From: Phoronis australis
Taxonomy: Eukaryota > Animalia > Phoronida
Direction of reading: 5' to 3'
Assembly (NCBI GenBank): GCA_002633005.1
Contig: NMRA01000304.1
Span: forward strand, 213,200 to 277,199
Length of the DNA stretch: 64,000 nucleotides
The position numbers and the translations under genes were made by a program. Positions 53,928-64,000 of the stretch are shown here, piece after piece. The stretch's first letter is position 1. Each line of letters starts with the position of its first letter. Below the pieces are notes generated by a model. The model was not told the DNA's origin and searched no databases. It saw only the letters and a program-made list of their open reading frames with translations.

Positions 53928-55241
53928 GTAAGTTTGTGTTTTAATGACATGCTTTCTTATAATTCCACTTGTTTAGAAAGTGGAAATAAAGTGACATCAC
54001 TAGAGTAGGAAATTTTTGTAAATTGCAGTTCTGGATGTGTTTGCGTTTTTTTATTGGCAATTCATAAAAAATCATTTTGATACCGATCAGTTGTGGCGGC
54101 CATTTTGTAGGTGCAGTACCTGAAATTAAAAATTATCTTGAAAATTTTGGCAGTGTTTGGTCTATCTGTTCTGTGCAATGAACAAGATGTAACTGAATTG
54201 GGTTCAGTTATTTGTAATAAACAGAAGTGGACTCAGGATGCAGTGACATCTACAGATCCTGAAATCATGGAGATCTGTCCTGGTGTAAGGTCTTGCCACT
54301 GTAACCAACATGCATACCCTTGTCACACTGCAAAAACGGCGTTCAGACATAAACCAGTGGCGAGAGGTCACTTTGACATATGTTGCCCATTACGAGAATA
54401 ATGAAGTTGCACTCCCATAGGGAGTGATAAATAAATATTTCTGAATATTTGGAGACATAACGCGCTGTACAGGGCCTGTATTGCTGAGTAGTCTGCACTT
54501 GTAACTCATAGCCATTATCTATATGACGAATGTAACTGTTTGGTGAAAATGACTAAGTAAACCCAACAATAATTACGAGTCTTCAAAATCAGGGCATCAG
54601 TCGTCCACTGCAGATACTGACCTGTAGCCTAGTAGAAATTAAAAATGGAGTCAGAAACTGGCCTCGTGTAGACCTGCTTGCAACTGACCTCTATTACCGC
54701 CATTCTTACCATCTTTATACTCCCGTCCAGCTTTTTGTCAAAATTCTCCGACCAGATTGCCCAATTCATCCTAGTTTTGGGTACGCCTTCTACACAAATA
54801 TTCCTCTTGTTGCCACTATCAATAATTCACCAGTAATTATTAAAAGTGAAATAATTTTGCTCTGCAAAATTCTCTTCAATTTTATATGTAGTCAGTCAAA
54901 TCATTTGGTCCAATTTGCTCAGTTTCATTGAAATGATGAAATCTATGATGACCAACTGACCACAGGATGTGTTTACCACGTTTATCGAGTGCAATTTTGT
55001 TGATTAATTTTGGTTTTATTTTACCAAATGAGAAGCTACCGACTGTGTAGCTCAGTTTGTGGAACAGTTAGACCGTTGATTGAAATAGGAAAATGACTCT
55101 GCAGGTACTTGAAGAGATTGTTAAATAGTTGTACTTGAGAAATTGAGTAACTTGTGCATGCAGTGTCACTTTGGCAAACAAACATTTGTAATTGAAAAAT
55201 TGACTTATTGCAAAATAATTGTAGCAGTTGTAGATGCTTAA

Positions 55242-55629
55242 GGGTGTGTAGGACCCTAGTATGATGGCCAGTTTTGGAACATCGTTCCTTGGAAATACCG
55301 ATCAGATTCGTATGAAACTCAATACAATGCTTTATACACTGTTTTTGAAAAGGCTGCTGGGAATTTAAAATGTCCCACTTTTGTGTGAGGGTCTATCAAA
55401 AATGTGACTGATGATTTTCATGAAAAAAGCTGAAGTTCTTCGTTGCTAAATTTTCCTAAATCCATGGTAACGATACTCAATTAATGGCAGATCAATAAAA
55501 AGTTGCAAATCAAATGCTACTGGCCTTCTCAGTTCTTTCAGAAAATACATAATTTTATTAAACATCTATAGTTTTGTAGATATTTGGTTAAAAATTTATG
55601 CAGACTTGTCTATTAGGTCCCACGTACCG
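55242..55629. mobile_element. Possible TTAA-flanked non-autonomous DNA transposon remnant
   Basis: ttaa-gggtgtgtaggacc ... ggtcccacgtaccg-ttag imperfect inverted ends. Confidence 0.45.
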
Positions 55630-56012
55630 TTAGCCAAGTGTGCCTGAGTCAATAGGTCAGTGAGTGAGTCCTAAGTTCTCTTGGAGACCTGTTTTCCTAT
55701 TGTATCAATTACCTTTTACTGTGCTTAAAATTCGATTGGTTGAAATTGATAAAAATAAAGTCAAACTCGCTCTAAATTGACCTGAAAAGACAGGACCATA
55801 GTGAAACCTAATGTTTTGCTTGTGTGCTTATTTCAATAGTATGAACGGATTGTATTACCAAAGTCACATGCAGTACTGAAGTCGCCAATGTTCTACCTGT
55901 CGCGTAATTTTTTAAGACTATTTGAAGTCTTACAATACCCAGGACCTTCGAACTGCTTTCAAGTTCAACGTTAGGATTTGAATTCTCAATGCCATTATTT
56001 ATCTATTTCCAG

Positions 56013-56170
56013 ACCTGTTCCGCCTTATTGCCGATGCTCAAGGATTTGCCGACCAAAGAAAGCTAGGTTTACTTCTCCATGACTGTGTTCTCATTCCACG
56101 ACAACTGGGCGAGGTGGCCGCTTTCGGAGGAACTAATATTGAGCCTAGTGTCCGCAGCTGTTTTGAGAAG
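56013..56170 (+). CDS. DMD: Dystrophin exon-67 homologue ([52 protein letters not shown])
   Basis: 158 nt, phase 1 to 0, same as human exon 67. Confidence 0.98.
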
Positions 56171-56369
56171 GTGAGAGAGTAATTAGACTCGCTGAGATAG
56201 GTCAGCAATAGGCAAGACACTATTCTAAAATATTTTTTGACCAGACAGTGACTTTCTAGTTGTCTGCAGTTTATCATTTGTTTCATTGTTATGTAATTTG
56301 CACAGTACCTTGTTTAAATACAATTTTGCCTCAATGATAACCTATGATAATGATAATAATAAAAATGTC

Positions 56370-56520
56370 TGGTTGGATATCTGCATTCTGCCAGTGGAGC
56401 TGATGGATCAGTGAACTAGAGCATATGGAGGGGTTGCAGAAGGTCGTAGGTTTGAACCCCGGTCAAGACAGAAATCTTTTCAGACTTGCAATTACTTGGG
56501 CTTGGGTGTGACCTCATTTG
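56370..56520 (+). mobile_element. tRNA-related interspersed repeat family C, plus-strand copy
   Basis: Degenerate B-box ggtttgaaccc; similar to 16400-16525. Confidence 0.55.
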
Positions 56521-57394
56521 GCTCTTCAGAGAATCTTGTCTATGTAATAAACATTATGGATGATAACCATGATAATCATAATGATAGTAGTGATAACATG
56601 CTTCTTATATCATGGTTATGTTTCTGAGTGTAGTTGGTTTGAAATTGCTTTGCTTAGTGAAACGGTGAAGTGGTCTGATAATGTGTTCTCAGTCGTTAAA
56701 ATACTTTGTAAACACAAGTCTCTTGTTAGCAGTGTCTTTTTTAATTTCATTATTGGTAACGTAGTTATATTTTATGCTAATATTAAAAATGTCAGGGTAT
56801 TATTCTTTCTATGATATTGGTAATGACAACTGATATCTATTAAAATAATTATGTAGTCATAATAACTGTTAACACCATTAATACTAGTACGCATATGTGG
56901 ACCAATCCTCGGGGCAATATTAGGTTATGTGAACCTCTGCAGAGCAATGCTGCTAATGCTCTCTCAAGGTCCATATAACTTGACATCCCCTTGGAATCTG
57001 TCTATATTTGTTTCATTATACGTCCATTGATGTTTCTTTCCTCCAATTTCTTTATCTATTAGATTGGCATTTTCCCTGCTTTGTTGTTCTGCCATTGTCT
57101 GATCACTGACTTTGTTTACTGGGTTAGGGTTTCAAGGTTTTTGCAGCCTTTAATTGGCCAGTTCATTCACGAGTAGTAACTTCTTTTGTCTGAGTTGCTT
57201 GAAGAGCGATATTCCATAGCTAACGTGGCAACATTCACATCGCAATGGATGTCACCGTACAGTGTTTTAGCGTATTTGAGTACAGTAATATTTGTAGCTG
57301 TATATTTGTGCTGTCTAGTTCTAGGTCATAGGTAGCACATTGTAAAACTTCTAAAAATGAAAGTTTAAGAATGGGAAACAATTTTTGCTTTCAG

Positions 57395-57561
57395 GCTAAC
57401 AGTGGAAATGAAATCCAGGCCAAGCACTTCATTGACTGGATGAAGTTGGAGCCTCAGTCGATGGTGTGGTTACCAGTCATGCATCGGTACGCAGCCTCAG
57501 AGACGGCCAAGCATCAAGCCAAGTGCAATATTTGTAAAGTATTCCCCATCGTCGGGCTCAG
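57395..57561 (+). CDS. DMD: Dystrophin exon-68 homologue ([27 protein letters not shown]; start of ZZ)
   Basis: 167 nt, phase 0 to 2, same as human exon 68. Confidence 0.98.
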
Positions 57562-57605
57562 GTAAAGTACTTGGAATGGCTTGTTTTTAGTTATGACTCT
57601 TAAGC

Positions 57606-57759
57606 TTATGTATGACTTATGACTTATGTATGACTTATGTATGACTTATGACTTATGTATGACTTATGACTTATGTCTGACTTATGACTTATGTATGACT
57701 TATGTATGACTTATGACTTATGTATGACTTATGACTTATGTATGACTTTATTGACTTAT
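57606..57759. repeat. Compound minisatellite of ttatgac and ttatgtatgac units
   Basis: Direct reading: interleaved 7-bp and 11-bp units. Confidence 0.95.
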
Positions 57760-58568
57760 CTGTGTAATTAGCCAAATATCTACAAAGTTATAGATTTCAA
57801 TCCTGCCTCAAAAGAGTATATTTTTAAAGTAGTTATAAACCTGTAGAATTTTGATTTTTGACTTCTCAGTTTTTACTAATCTGTCTTTAATTGGGTCATT
57901 TTACTGTATTTTTAATGAAATTTGCCTGAAATGAAAACTACATTGATAACAGAACAACATGTAAATAACATGACCAAATTTTGTTCTAAATTATCATTTC
58001 GTTGTACGTAACTTTTGAGTTTTATCACAGATATAGCAAAAGCTCTGTTTTTGATATCCTCTCTCGTGCAGCTGCAACATTTTATGCAAAAATTCTTAGG
58101 AGTGTTGTGGAGAGCATTGCATACAGTTGAGTATCTGAATGTTTCATGTGAACTAATCGGCCATTTGTTAGATCTAATGTTACCAAGTTAGCCTAATTTG
58201 GACATTTTTCTGGGGTCCTTTAGTCTAATTTTGCTCCTTCGTTAGTTGAAGAAAACTTTTGTATTATAATGATGTGTCGTGTATAACTTTTTAATTAAAT
58301 GGCACTACTAAGTTGTGAAAATAACAATAATGACAACGAAAATATTTATCTAAAATAATTATAGCAATTTATAACTAGTATTTCATTGATACAAATTATT
58401 TAGAGCTACATTCGTTTTTGGTGCAGGTGTCCCCAGAATTAGTTTATAGTAATAATGATACTGATAACAATAATAATTATGATAATAATGATGAGAATTT
58501 GTGGTAGTAAAGATAGCAAAAATGAAAGCAATTATAAAAATGATAAGCATGCATATCTCTTTCTGCAG

Positions 58569-58680
58569 GTATCGCAGTCTGCGTCACTTCAACTTCAATC
58601 TATGCCAGAACTGTTTCCTGTCCGGTCGAACATGTAAAGGTCACAAATTGACCCACCCCATGCAAGAGTACTGCACAACA
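58569..58680 (+). CDS. DMD: Dystrophin exon-69 homologue, ZZ domain ([37 protein letters not shown])
   Basis: 112 nt, phase 2 to 0, same as human exon 69. Confidence 0.98.
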
Positions 58681-59384
58681 GTGAGTATTGATTGGATGGC
58701 ACTGTGACTCGTTTCACAGCACTTCCTAATCAATAAACGCCGACGACATGTCGATTTATTGACTGCAGGTTGTTGTCCTGCCGTGATTTGATTAACTCGC
58801 TGCTATGAGCAATTCTTGTTCAATTACTCAAGCAGTTACTGAGTTCATTGTCTGACAAACCCAAGGTCGTGTTTTTCCTTTAGATGAATTGAAGATTTCA
58901 TGGTTCCGTATTAAAGAACGTTGTGTCTTCCTGTTCAATGTTTTTTGTCAATTGAACCTGAAATTGACAAGAATTTATCAAAAACTATTAATAATAACTT
59001 TCCAAGATGTTACGTTTTAATTTAAAAATTTTTTGTATTTTATTTGTATTATTTTTAACTCTTATTGTTGATATAATTATAATCATAACTTTTTATTATT
59101 ATTTGGGTTATTTTTGTTATTACTGTTATGATTGTAGAATTTTTCCGATTACAATCAGTTCTCGAAGTGATTTTGAAGGCAACATAGCCCATGTTACCAT
59201 ACTTCGCCTCGTTTAACTTAGAATATACCTCACTGAATGCAGGTATTCATGAAGTGATTGCCAATAGAACCATTCCGTTAGTTCCCAGTGCTGAAGTCAC
59301 TGCTCCGGAAAAAATTAAATTAGTGGAATAGCATTTTGATATCAAAATCAATAACACTCGCAATGCACTCCTGAATACTTCCAG

Positions 59385-59521
59385 ACAACCTCAGGAGAAG
59401 ACGTGCGAGATTTCGGTCGAGTCTTCAAAAACAAGTTCAAATCAAAACGCTACTTTAAGAAGCACCCTCGCCTTGGCTATCTACCTGTACAAAGTGTGCT
59501 GGAGGGAGACAGCATTGAAAG
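59385..59521 (+). CDS. DMD: Dystrophin exon-70 homologue ([45 protein letters not shown])
   Basis: 137 nt, phase 0 to 2, same as human exon 70. Confidence 0.98.
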
Positions 59522-59546
59522 GTATGTTTTCATACAAGGTTGGATT

Positions 59547-59625
59547 GTTTAATTGACGCAGGCGTAAATTGATTGAAGCAGACGTAAATTGATTGAAGCA
59601 GACGTAAATTGATTGAAGCAGACGT
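59547..59625. repeat. 20-bp tandem repeat (aaattgattgaagcagacgt), about 3.5 copies
   Basis: Direct reading. Confidence 0.9.
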
Positions 59626-61456
59626 TATGGGGTTTTAATGACTACCAATATGGTTTCATAGTTTGCTGTGTGGTTAGTACTTTCAGAATTTCATTAACAG
59701 TGTAACACATTTTAATTAATGAGTTACAATTAAAGATGCTATGTCTCATTAACACCATGAATATTTAAATTTGTTGCAAGCGCCACATAGTGACTTCCTG
59801 GAGAACTTTGTGTACTGATATATAATCAGGAAAAGAAACATTTTGTAAATATACTGCAGTTTTAAAGAAAACACTACAACTGATATACTTAAAAACAAGT
59901 GTAAACATATAAATCAATCAATCAATTTACTTCTGTATTATAAAGACCATAGGCCCACTGTACAAACGAACAACATGTATCTAACTTACGAGTGCAGCAA
60001 GCTATCACGGAGTTAAAAAGGACAAAATTATTTTCATAGGTTAACTAATTTAGCATCATCACTTGTTCACATACAAAAAAACCTAGTAATTATTATGCAA
60101 TTGCTATTTGATAGTGAAATAAACAAATAATAAAAAGTGTGCCTTGTTTCATTAGGGTAACGATGGACTATTACCTAATACGCATTTACGTTAAAGTGGT
60201 CTCGCAATTTAAGACTTTCGCGAAATTGTAATGGTAACCGGTTCTCAGATGGTTTACAGCACACTGGAGGACCCGAGGTTATTTGTGAATTAGTGTTCAT
60301 TTGCATATAGTCACAATTAATGAGACTATGCATCTTAGACATAAAATCTCACCAATTTAAGATGCCAAAACTGCCCGCTGTTTTTAAAGTTCAAGGTTTT
60401 TTAAAATTGTTATGAATAGCCATGTTATTTCAAGATATTACCAGGTAGTAGATATGCTACAGAAAATTGTTAATTTGGAGCTGCAGATCCTCTGTGGAAA
60501 TATTGAAACAAAATTAGAGTTGTGTACCCTTTTGTTGTCTGTGATTGAAGAGATCTTGTCATAAGTACTTGTCACGAAAAGATTTATCTGTTACAATCTC
60601 CCAAATCTCTTTTGGTGTTACCAACGAGCTAAGCTAATTTAAATTTTTGGTATTCCTTCCAATATTGTATTTTACTCCTGCTGGGACACGTGTAACTGGT
60701 AACTGGCAAGTGTTTGAAGTAAATCTTGTGTTAATTGGTTTATGCAATTATTATTTGATGTTAATCTTCCCATAATTGGTTTACGAAATTACACTAAGTT
60801 AATAGAAGCGACATCACGCAATGATCTGTCGAATGATTGGTTCTTCTCCAGTTTACAACATCGCTGTGTTCCATTTGAAAGTTCAGATGAAGTAAATCTA
60901 AACAGTATTAATTTTATATGCGGTGAATAATCAATATTAATCTGTTTGGTTGTACAAATAAAACTCTGATTCTTTTGATTATCAGTTGTTTCAAAGTTTT
61001 GCTGAAGGGATGTCAAACGAGGTTCTCAGTACTGCTGTTAATAGTACGGCTAAGCGTGTAATCTTATTCATTAGCGACCAGCCAAAGCTGTGTTGAGGAT
61101 TATGATGAGTAGATCTCTTAGGAATCCGGCCAGATTTATTTCTATTGACTCAAGTCTGTGTCAGCAATGCACTTATACCTAGTGTAACAAGCGCATGGAT
61201 TATTTTCCTCATCTATAAACACACGATTGGATGGCCACATTAGTTGAATAATTCTGTTACACACAACCTCAGTCCAAGTATTGACTCGAAGCCTTCAGGG
61301 ATAGCACAGGCGCGCATCTTTTCAGTGGCAGAATACATCACAGATAGTGTTGAAATCCAGTCTGCTGTGTTAATGATTGTATCTGAGTGACGCCATCACC
61401 ATGCTTAGGAGACAGAGAAAAGGCCTGTTCTCTAAACTCCTGGATTTCATTTGCAG

Positions 61457-61558
61457 TCCGCCCACATCGCCCGATCAGCAGCGGCAACAGCCAAGCCCTG
61501 CCCGTCAGGTGACCTCCACGCCGGATATGCATGCCAAACTGGAGAGATATGCCAACAG
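61457..61558 (+). CDS. DMD: Dystrophin exon-72-like (PPTSPDQQRQQPSPARQVTSTPDMHAKLERYANR)
   Basis: tttgcag and AG|gtattt sites; 102 nt, phase 2 to 2; resembles human DTHSRIEHYASR (syntrophin-binding region). Confidence 0.92.
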
Positions 61559-62109
61559 GTATTTGTCCTAGCTGTCACTTTTAGTTTCGTAGCCATCGTG
61601 TGAAACTATTATCTGTCCATGTGATTGGGATCCGCAACTGTCACAAGTTTGGCGACATTTGACTGTTTTGGATGTTTGTGTAGCTGTAAAAACGGAAATA
61701 AAACCTGATTCACTAAGTGAAGGGCACTATTTTGGCTGAAGCTTCAGTCTGTTCACAAAATCAAAGAAAATCTACTGTCTCGTTAGGCGTTGTTGGATCC
61801 TGGGCCGAGTTTTGTGGATGCAAGAATCTCACATAGGAAGCTAGTGTGATCACGTTTCGGTTGTAATAGACGGCGATATCTCATGAAGTCTTGTGTGATC
61901 TTGTATTGTTGGCAGGTTTACATGCCTAAGGAACGCACCCCTGGCCAACGATTGAGTTTTGGTTTGAAATCATAATTACGACTTAAGTTGACATAAGGAG
62001 TTTTATTAATAAGGAGAACAATCGACTGTTTTGTTATTCTGGTCTCATGTACTGCTCTGGGTAGGTCCACTCACTAAGCTTATTTTATGTTGTTTTCCTT
62101 AAATTTCAG

Positions 62110-62151
62110 GCTAGCTGAGGTGGAGCAAAAACACTGTTCAACAACAGAGCC
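62110..62151 (+). CDS. DMD: Dystrophin exon-73-like small exon (LAEVEQKHCSTTEP)
   Basis: tttcag and |gtaagt sites; 42 nt, phase 2 to 2; resembles human RLAEME. Confidence 0.92.
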
Positions 62152-62486
62152 GTAAGTAGGCTTTTTATCCAGTATCAATACAATGTAGTTATCAGTCAAA
62201 GTGGTGTGCCGGAGACACGAGTTGATATTGTCAGCAGATATGGCATCTGTTTTGTGGAAAGAGACTTTTACGTCAGAAATTTGGTTTTGCATAACTATGT
62301 TTGAAAAATGATTAAATCTTGCTTGAGCACAGTAAAAAATATACATTTAACCGCTAGGTACTGACGAGATAATTTAGTGAGTAAATTGTTTCTAGACTGT
62401 GTGTGCGTGTGATATGCTCATAATTACTTGACTAAATATTTATACATTAATTGTAAAGTGGGAGTGGAAGACCAAATTTCGGTCTT

Positions 62487-62730
62487 AATAATAAAAATAA
62501 TTGCAGGCGGTCTGATACACGTTATACCAGACGTGCACAGGCCTCGCATGTGGGCCCATTGCACTGATCACCTGGAAGTATTTTTATGCTTTATTAACAT
62601 GTGGTTAAAACCGAGCTGAGGAGCTAGAAACCTGGCTCAAGGGTTTAGCAGTGTGACCTGGTGGGACTTGAACCCACGACCTCGAGTAAAGAAAGCGGGC
62701 ACTTATCAACCAGGCCACACTGCCTCCTCT
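62487..62730 (-). mobile_element. tRNA-derived SINE family B, full length with 12-bp target-site duplication
   Basis: aatttcggtctt at 62475-62486 and 62731-62742; A/B boxes on the minus strand; AT-rich (TTA)n-like tail. Confidence 0.9.
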
Positions 62731-62949
62731 AATTTCGGTCTTGAGTATTAAGTCTCTTGTTATGAAGGAGACCCTTGCTCATATATGCTCTTGTTAATTT
62801 GTTAATGAGGATGTGTCTCTTGCATCTTGTAACTGTTGGTATTTTGTGACAACACGTTGGTCACTGTGTGCTACAAAAATCTCCCCACATTCTGTCTCAA
62901 AATAATAACACGTGACGATTAATTTTTGTGTCTTATACACACGCACGGT

Positions 62950-63880
62950 CTTGAGAATTAATTTAATAAATTTTAAGATATTGTGTGAAACCATTCTGTA
63001 CCACACATGACTTGTTATTCAGCAATTTTTGTTTGATTAGTTGAAACATTGTGCACAGCCATTCTGCACAATGTGTTTGTTAAATTACTGAATATTATAT
63101 TCTCCTGTTGGACATCTTACGTCAGCCACACGAATGGTCATACTGTATGTTATACTACAACTTTTTCTTACAAATTATTAATTCATTAAGATATTTTGCA
63201 TATAACCATTCCATACAATGTGTGCAGTAGACTACTTAAAAGCACACTCATGAATGCATGCATTATTTCGCCCATGGAAATAGTCACGTTTTATGTAATA
63301 CGGTAAAATTTGACCAATTTTGGGCAAACAAATTGTCAAAATTACGCTTTCTTCATTTTTCACATGCTGTTAATGTTGCTGTGGATGAGTACACTTTTTT
63401 AAAATATTTTCTGGTGGTTGCCATGGTAAAGAACTTGAACGTGCAAAATTGTTAATTTGATGCTACGTCTTATGAAACGAGTGAGAAAATAAATTTTCAC
63501 CCATTCGGTATATTGTGTCCTAATTTGGTGAAATTTTACTGTAATAATGCAGTTTTAATGGTTTTTATAATTAGTTAATCAAGATATTGTACACAGCCAT
63601 TGCACACAGCGTAATGCTAAGTAAAAACATACCCAACTCGTACAATATGTCACCCACGGGAATTATCACATTTTATGTAATATTGCAGTTTTAGTTCTTG
63701 TCATAATTAGTTAATTAAGATATTGTATACAGTCATTCCACACAGTGTAATGCTATGTAAAAATACTCCTTAACACATGCATTATGTCACCCACGGGAAT
63801 GATCGCATTTTATGTAATAATGCAGTTTTAATTCTTGTTTTAATTTGTTCATCAAGATAATGTGTGCAGCCATTCCAAGT
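62950..63880. repeat. Degenerate tandem repeat, unit about 135 bp
   Basis: Recurrent aagatattgt..cagccattgcacaca..atgtcacccacgggaat..cattttatgtaata blocks, clearest from 63570. Confidence 0.7.
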
Positions 63881-64000
63881 GACATGTCCTTAATAATGTA
63901 TTATTACATGACCACTGGTATTTTTCTATCCCCTGATTGGCTGAAGTGTAGTGCAACAACTTCCAATACAGTGTAATGTTTACCAACTTAGTTTGGAAAT

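Larger units (their letters stand above)
1330..62151 (+). other. DMD: Dystrophin gene, partial (23 coding exons in window; 5' and 3' ends outside window)
   Basis: Phase-consistent GT-AG exon chain translating to spectrin repeats, WW ([28 protein letters not shown]), [13 protein letters not shown]-hands, ZZ (AKCNICK..CQNCF) and [16 protein letters not shown], which is the dystrophin C-terminal architecture. Confidence 0.98.

Noticed and set aside
1048-63455. Remaining short ORFs in the six-frame track
   Set aside because: Intron read-through of real exons, antisense shadows of exons, or chance ORFs, many with TTG/GTG starts.

Overview
Eukaryotic, AT-rich invertebrate genomic DNA (probably lophotrochozoan; the taxon cannot be fixed from sequence alone). 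The whole window lies inside one dystrophin gene on the + strand. I traced 23 GT-AG exons from 1330 to 62151 whose splice phases chain into one frame (3651 nt, about 1217 codons). They cover the late spectrin repeats, WW, EF-hands, ZZ and the first syntrophin-binding segment, and both gene ends lie outside the window. Many exons have the same length as human DMD exons 52, 53, 54, 57 and 66-70. The main unexpected signal is a set of apparent alternative first exons in the large introns. The strongest is a 2.2-kb ORF (ATG 42039) ending at a phase-matched donor (44215). It would add about 726 mostly disordered residues to the dystrophin C-terminal third, including PP1-docking-like motifs (RKVSF, SILK/GILK), DSGxxS-type degrons and a degenerate copy of the next repeat's first helix. 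Two short Met-initiated exons sharing an RDS(M/L)D motif (11086, 13845) and several weaker candidates are also phase-compatible. The introns carry MITEs, tRNA-derived SINEs, minisatellites and three N-centred duplications that look like assembly artefacts.
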